64,000 bases of DNA from an uncultured Gemmatimonadales bacterium. GTDB taxonomy: Bacteria; Gemmatimonadota; Gemmatimonadetes; Gemmatimonadales; Gemmatimonadaceae. The notes under the pieces were generated by a model, which worked only from the letters and a program-made list of their open reading frames with translations, was not told the DNA's origin and did not search any database. The stretch lies in assembly GCA_963851265.1 (NCBI GenBank), contig CAWKNZ010000003.1, forward strand, positions 96,001 through 160,000, given 5' to 3'. Positions 60,971 to 64,000 of this stretch are shown here, one piece after another. Numbering within the stretch: the first letter of the stretch is position 1; each line of letters opens with the position of its first letter. The position numbers and the translations under genes were made by a program.

Positions 60971-61797
60971 CCACCGCCGCTTCCACGCCCCGCACGCGCT
61001 CCGCCCGCTCGGCGCCGCTCCGTCCCGCCGCCGGCGACGAGCCCAACTGGTGGGCCCGCATGGCCGCCGGCGACATCGACGCGCGCAACCACCTCATCAC
61101 CGAGCACCTCGGCCTCGTGCACCACGTCGCGCGGCAGATGTCGCGCACGCTCGCCGTGAAGGCCGACTTCGACGAGTTGGTCAGCGCGGGCACGATGGGG
61201 CTGATGGCCGCGCTCGAGGCGTTCGACCACAGCCGCGGGCTCGCCTTCAGCACGTTCGCCGCGCCGCGCATCCGCGGCTCGATCCTCGACGACCTGCGCC
61301 GCCAGGATCACGTCCCGCGCTCGGTGCGCCGCAAGACTCGCGAGATCCACGCCGCGCGCGAGACGCTCATGCGCGTGCTCGGGCGCGCGCCCGAGGACGC
61401 GGAAGTCGCCGAGCACCTCGGCGTCGACCTGGCGACGCTCTGGAAGTGGAAGGGCGACATCGAGAGCGCGCACCAGGTGCCGCTCGAGCGCGGGCCGAGC
61501 GACCGCGACGGCGCGACCCCCGCGCCGGCCGACGTGCTCGCGCACGACGAGCAGAAGGGCGGCGTCGAGGAGCGCATCAACCACGAGCAGGAGGTCGCCA
61601 TCCTCCGCGACGCGATCCTGCAGTTGAAGGAGCAGGAGCGCGTCGTACTGTCGCTCTACTACTTCGAGGAGCTCAAGCTGCACGAGATCGCGACGGTGCT
61701 TGAACTCACCGAGAGCCGCGTCTCGCAGATCCGCAGCAAGGCGCTGGTCAAGCTGCGCGGCCAACTCGGCCCGCTGCGCGGGGCGCGCGCGGCGTAA
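60967..61797 (+). CDS. fliA: RNA polymerase sigma28 factor FliA
   Basis: RIRGSILDDLRRQD.VPRSVR, LYYFEEL, TESRVSQI. Confidence 0.95.
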   Translation: MTTAASTPRTRSARSAPLRPAAGDEPNWWARMAAGDIDARNHLITEHLGLVHHVARQMSRTLAVKADFDELVSAGTMGLMAALEAFDHSRGLAFSTFAAPRIRGSILDDLRRQDHVPRSVRRKTREIHAARETLMRVLGRAPEDAEVAEHLGVDLATLWKWKGDIESAHQVPLERGPSDRDGATPAPADVLAHDEQKGGVEERINHEQEVAILRDAILQLKEQERVVLSLYYFEELKLHEIATVLELTESRVSQIRSKALVKLRGQLGPLRGARAA

Positions 61798-61812
61798 ACG
61801 CGCCGCGTCATG

Positions 61813-61874
61813 GCGCACGACGACGCGCGGGGCGCGGCGGGTCGACCCGCCGCGCCCCGCGCGTCGTCGTGCGC
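61813..61874. repeat. Perfect 62-bp palindrome downstream of fliA
   Basis: 31-bp arms with no spacer, centred on GTC|GAC at 61843/61844. Confidence 0.85.
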
Positions 61875-61958
61875 GCTTGACGGGGAGCCGCGCCGCGGGC
61901 AAGCTGCGGGGCCGCGGGCCGTCGCCCGCGCCTTCCGCCGACGCAGCCCGCACCACCC

Positions 61959-63809
61959 ATGCCCCGCCCGATCTCGTTCGTCGTCCTCGCCGCGGTCTCG
62001 CTGTTCGCGGCCGCGCCCGCCCGCGCGCAGGGCGCCCCGACCGCCACGTCGGCGGCGCCCGCGGCGCGCCGCGTGACCCGCGGGGGCGGGCTGCCCCGGG
62101 CCTTCGCCGGCGCCGACGCGCCGCAACGCGCCTGGTGGAAGGAGGCGGTCGTCTATCAGATCTACCCGCGCTCGTTCCAGGACACGAACGGCGACGGCGT
62201 CGGCGACCTCCGGGGGATCATCCGGCACCTCGACTACGTCAAGTCGCTCGGCGTCGACGTCGTCTGGCTCAACCCGATCTACGGATCGCCTAACGACGAC
62301 AACGGCTACGACATCAGCGACTACCGCGCCATCATGGCGCAGATGGGTACGATGGCCGACTTCGACGCCATGCTCAAGGGCATGCACGCGCGCGGCATCA
62401 AGCTCGTCATGGACCTGGTCGTCAATCACTCGAGCGACGAGCACCGCTGGTTCGAGGCGTCGCGGCGGAGCCGCACGAATCCGTACCGCGACTACTACCA
62501 TTGGTGGCCGGCCGAGAAGGGCACGCCGCCCAAGCGCGCCAGCTTCTTCGACGTGAACGGCGACGCGTGGCGCTACGACTCGACGACCAACGCGTACTAC
62601 CTCCACTACTTCAGCCGCAAGCAGCCCGACCTGAAGTGGGAGAACCCGAAAGTCCGGCGGGAAGTCTACGACCTCATGAAGTTCTGGTTCGACAAGGGCG
62701 TCGACGGCTTCCGCATGGACGTGATCCCGTTCATCTCCAAGGACACCACGTACCCGCCGATGCCGGCCGAGTACGGCGGCGACTGGGGCCGCTTCTACGC
62801 CAGCGGCCCGCACCTGCACGAGTACCTGCACGAGATGAACCGGCAGGTGCTGAGCAAGTACGACGTGATGACCGTGGGCGAGGGCGCCGGCGTGCAGATT
62901 GGCGACGCGCTCAAGTTCGTCGACCCGGCGCGGCAGGAGCTGCAGACGTTCTACCACTTCGACGTGCAGGGGTGGGGTCGCAACGCCAAGGACGGCGCGT
63001 ACCCCGACAGCGGCAACCGCCGCCTCCCCGACCTCAAGGCGATCTTCACGCGTTGGGACTCGGTCTTCGCCGACCGCGGGTGGGGCACGGTGTACTGGGG
63101 CACGCACGACCAGGCCCGCGCCGTGAGCCGCTTCGGCAACGACGCGCCGGCGTACCGCGTGCCGTCGGCCGAGATGCTCCACACGCTGCTGCTCACCATG
63201 CGCGCGACGCCGTACATCTACAACGGCGACGAGATCGGGATGACCAACCCGCGCCTCGCGCGCATCGAAGACTACCGCGACATCGAGACGCGCAACCGGT
63301 ACACGCGGATGCAGCGCGAGGGCGTGGGCCCGGACTCGCTGCGCGCGTTCGTCCGCGGGCAGGCCGAAGTCGCGCGCGAGAACGGCCGCACGCCGATGCA
63401 GTGGACCGCCGGGCCCAACGCGGGGTTCACGACCGGCACGCCGTGGCTCGGCGTCAATTCGAACCATGACGCCATCAACGTCGCGGCCGCGGAGCGCGAC
63501 ACGGGGTCGGTGCTGCACTACTTCCGGCGCATGGTCGCGCTGCGCAAGTCCGAGCCGGCGCTCGTCTACGGTCGTTACCAGCTGCTGGACCGCGACAACC
63601 CCGACGTCTTCACGTACACGCGGACCCTGAACGGGCGCACGCTCCTCGTGGCGCTCAGCTTCAGCACGGGGGGCGGTCGGACGGCGATCCCGGCCGGTTA
63701 CGCCGTCGGGCGCACCCTCATCAACAACCTCGCGAGCGCGCCGGTGCAGGGCGGCGCGCTGGTCCTGCAGCCGTACCAGGCGGTCGTGATGGAGCTGCAG
63801 AAGCGCTGA
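61959..63809 (+). CDS. GH13 alpha-glucosidase/oligo-1,6-glucosidase with a signal peptide
   Basis: WWKEAVVYQIYPRSF, DLVVNH, QPDL, DGFRMDV, GE, HD. Confidence 0.93.
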   Translation: MPRPISFVVLAAVSLFAAAPARAQGAPTATSAAPAARRVTRGGGLPRAFAGADAPQRAWWKEAVVYQIYPRSFQDTNGDGVGDLRGIIRHLDYVKSLGVDVVWLNPIYGSPNDDNGYDISDYRAIMAQMGTMADFDAMLKGMHARGIKLVMDLVVNHSSDEHRWFEASRRSRTNPYRDYYHWWPAEKGTPPKRASFFDVNGDAWRYDSTTNAYYLHYFSRKQPDLKWENPKVRREVYDLMKFWFDKGVDGFRMDVIPFISKDTTYPPMPAEYGGDWGRFYASGPHLHEYLHEMNRQVLSKYDVMTVGEGAGVQIGDALKFVDPARQELQTFYHFDVQGWGRNAKDGAYPDSGNRRLPDLKAIFTRWDSVFADRGWGTVYWGTHDQARAVSRFGNDAPAYRVPSAEMLHTLLLTMRATPYIYNGDEIGMTNPRLARIEDYRDIETRNRYTRMQREGVGPDSLRAFVRGQAEVARENGRTPMQWTAGPNAGFTTGTPWLGVNSNHDAINVAAAERDTGSVLHYFRRMVALRKSEPALVYGRYQLLDRDNPDVFTYTRTLNGRTLLVALSFSTGGGRTAIPAGYAVGRTLINNLASAPVQGGALVLQPYQAVVMELQKR

Positions 63810-63825
63810 CGTCGGCGCGGGTGAC

Positions 63826-63962
63826 CGGCAGCTCCGGCCGGGCGGGCAATTCATGCCGCCCGGCGAACCCGGTCAGTGCCGGCGGCGTCGTCCCGTAAGT
63901 CGTTTCTTGACAATCTGTTACCCGGCAGGCGCGGACACTTGGACTCGGGCGTGTGGCTTGCC
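63826..63962 (+). promoter_or_regulatory. Sigma54 promoter with enhancer boxes and IHF-like site for a gene beyond the window
   Basis: CGGCAGCTCCGGCCG (63826), GGGCAATTCATGCCG (63844), CAATCTGTTA (63911), GG(63948)-N10-GC(63960). Confidence 0.65.
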
Positions 63963-64000
63963 TTCACCCGTGGCATGCCCCGTCCCACCGGTCTCACCAG

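Overview
A 64-kb, very GC-rich bacterial chromosomal segment. Gene content and composition suggest Gemmatimonadota (Gemmatirosa-like), but this is inference only. Most of it is a flagellar/chemotaxis region in two blocks. The minus-strand block runs flgL-fliW-fliC-fliD-orf-fliS-orf-orf-flgM-cheY-cheZ-HK-RR-cheA-cheW-cheR-cheD-cheB, with a divergent sigma54 activator. The plus-strand block runs flgB-flgC-orf-fliE-[HNH]-fliFGHIJ-motE-fliK-flgD-flgE-fliLMN-fliO/P-[S41 peptidase]-fliQR-flhB-flhA-[paaK]-flhG-fliA. Between the blocks lie a rhodopsin-crtY-blh retinal module, an SDR, a CDF transporter and two tandem M13 peptidases; housekeeping and stress genes occupy the left end. Main observations: (1) the FliK hook-length ruler carries an internal M15C (endolysin/CwlK-type) peptidoglycan peptidase domain with an intact Zn site, and the gene has a +1 frameshift in a tandem repeat; (2) the rhodopsin has a DTA helix-C motif, His at the BR-T46 position and intact E194/E204/D212; (3) one sigma54 promoter architecture (CGGCA-N5-TGCCG enhancers, IHF-like box, GG-N10-GC) recurs five times; (4) the heptamer GTTAGGC (usually CGTTAGGC) occurs 22 times, evenly on both strands, often forcing rare codons; (5) the chemotaxis operon holds a sensorless kinase and a REC/pseudo-HPt protein. 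No rRNA, tRNA, CRISPR array or transposase was recognised. Many long ORFs in the supplied track are GC-rich shadow frames. Start codons were re-picked by eye.
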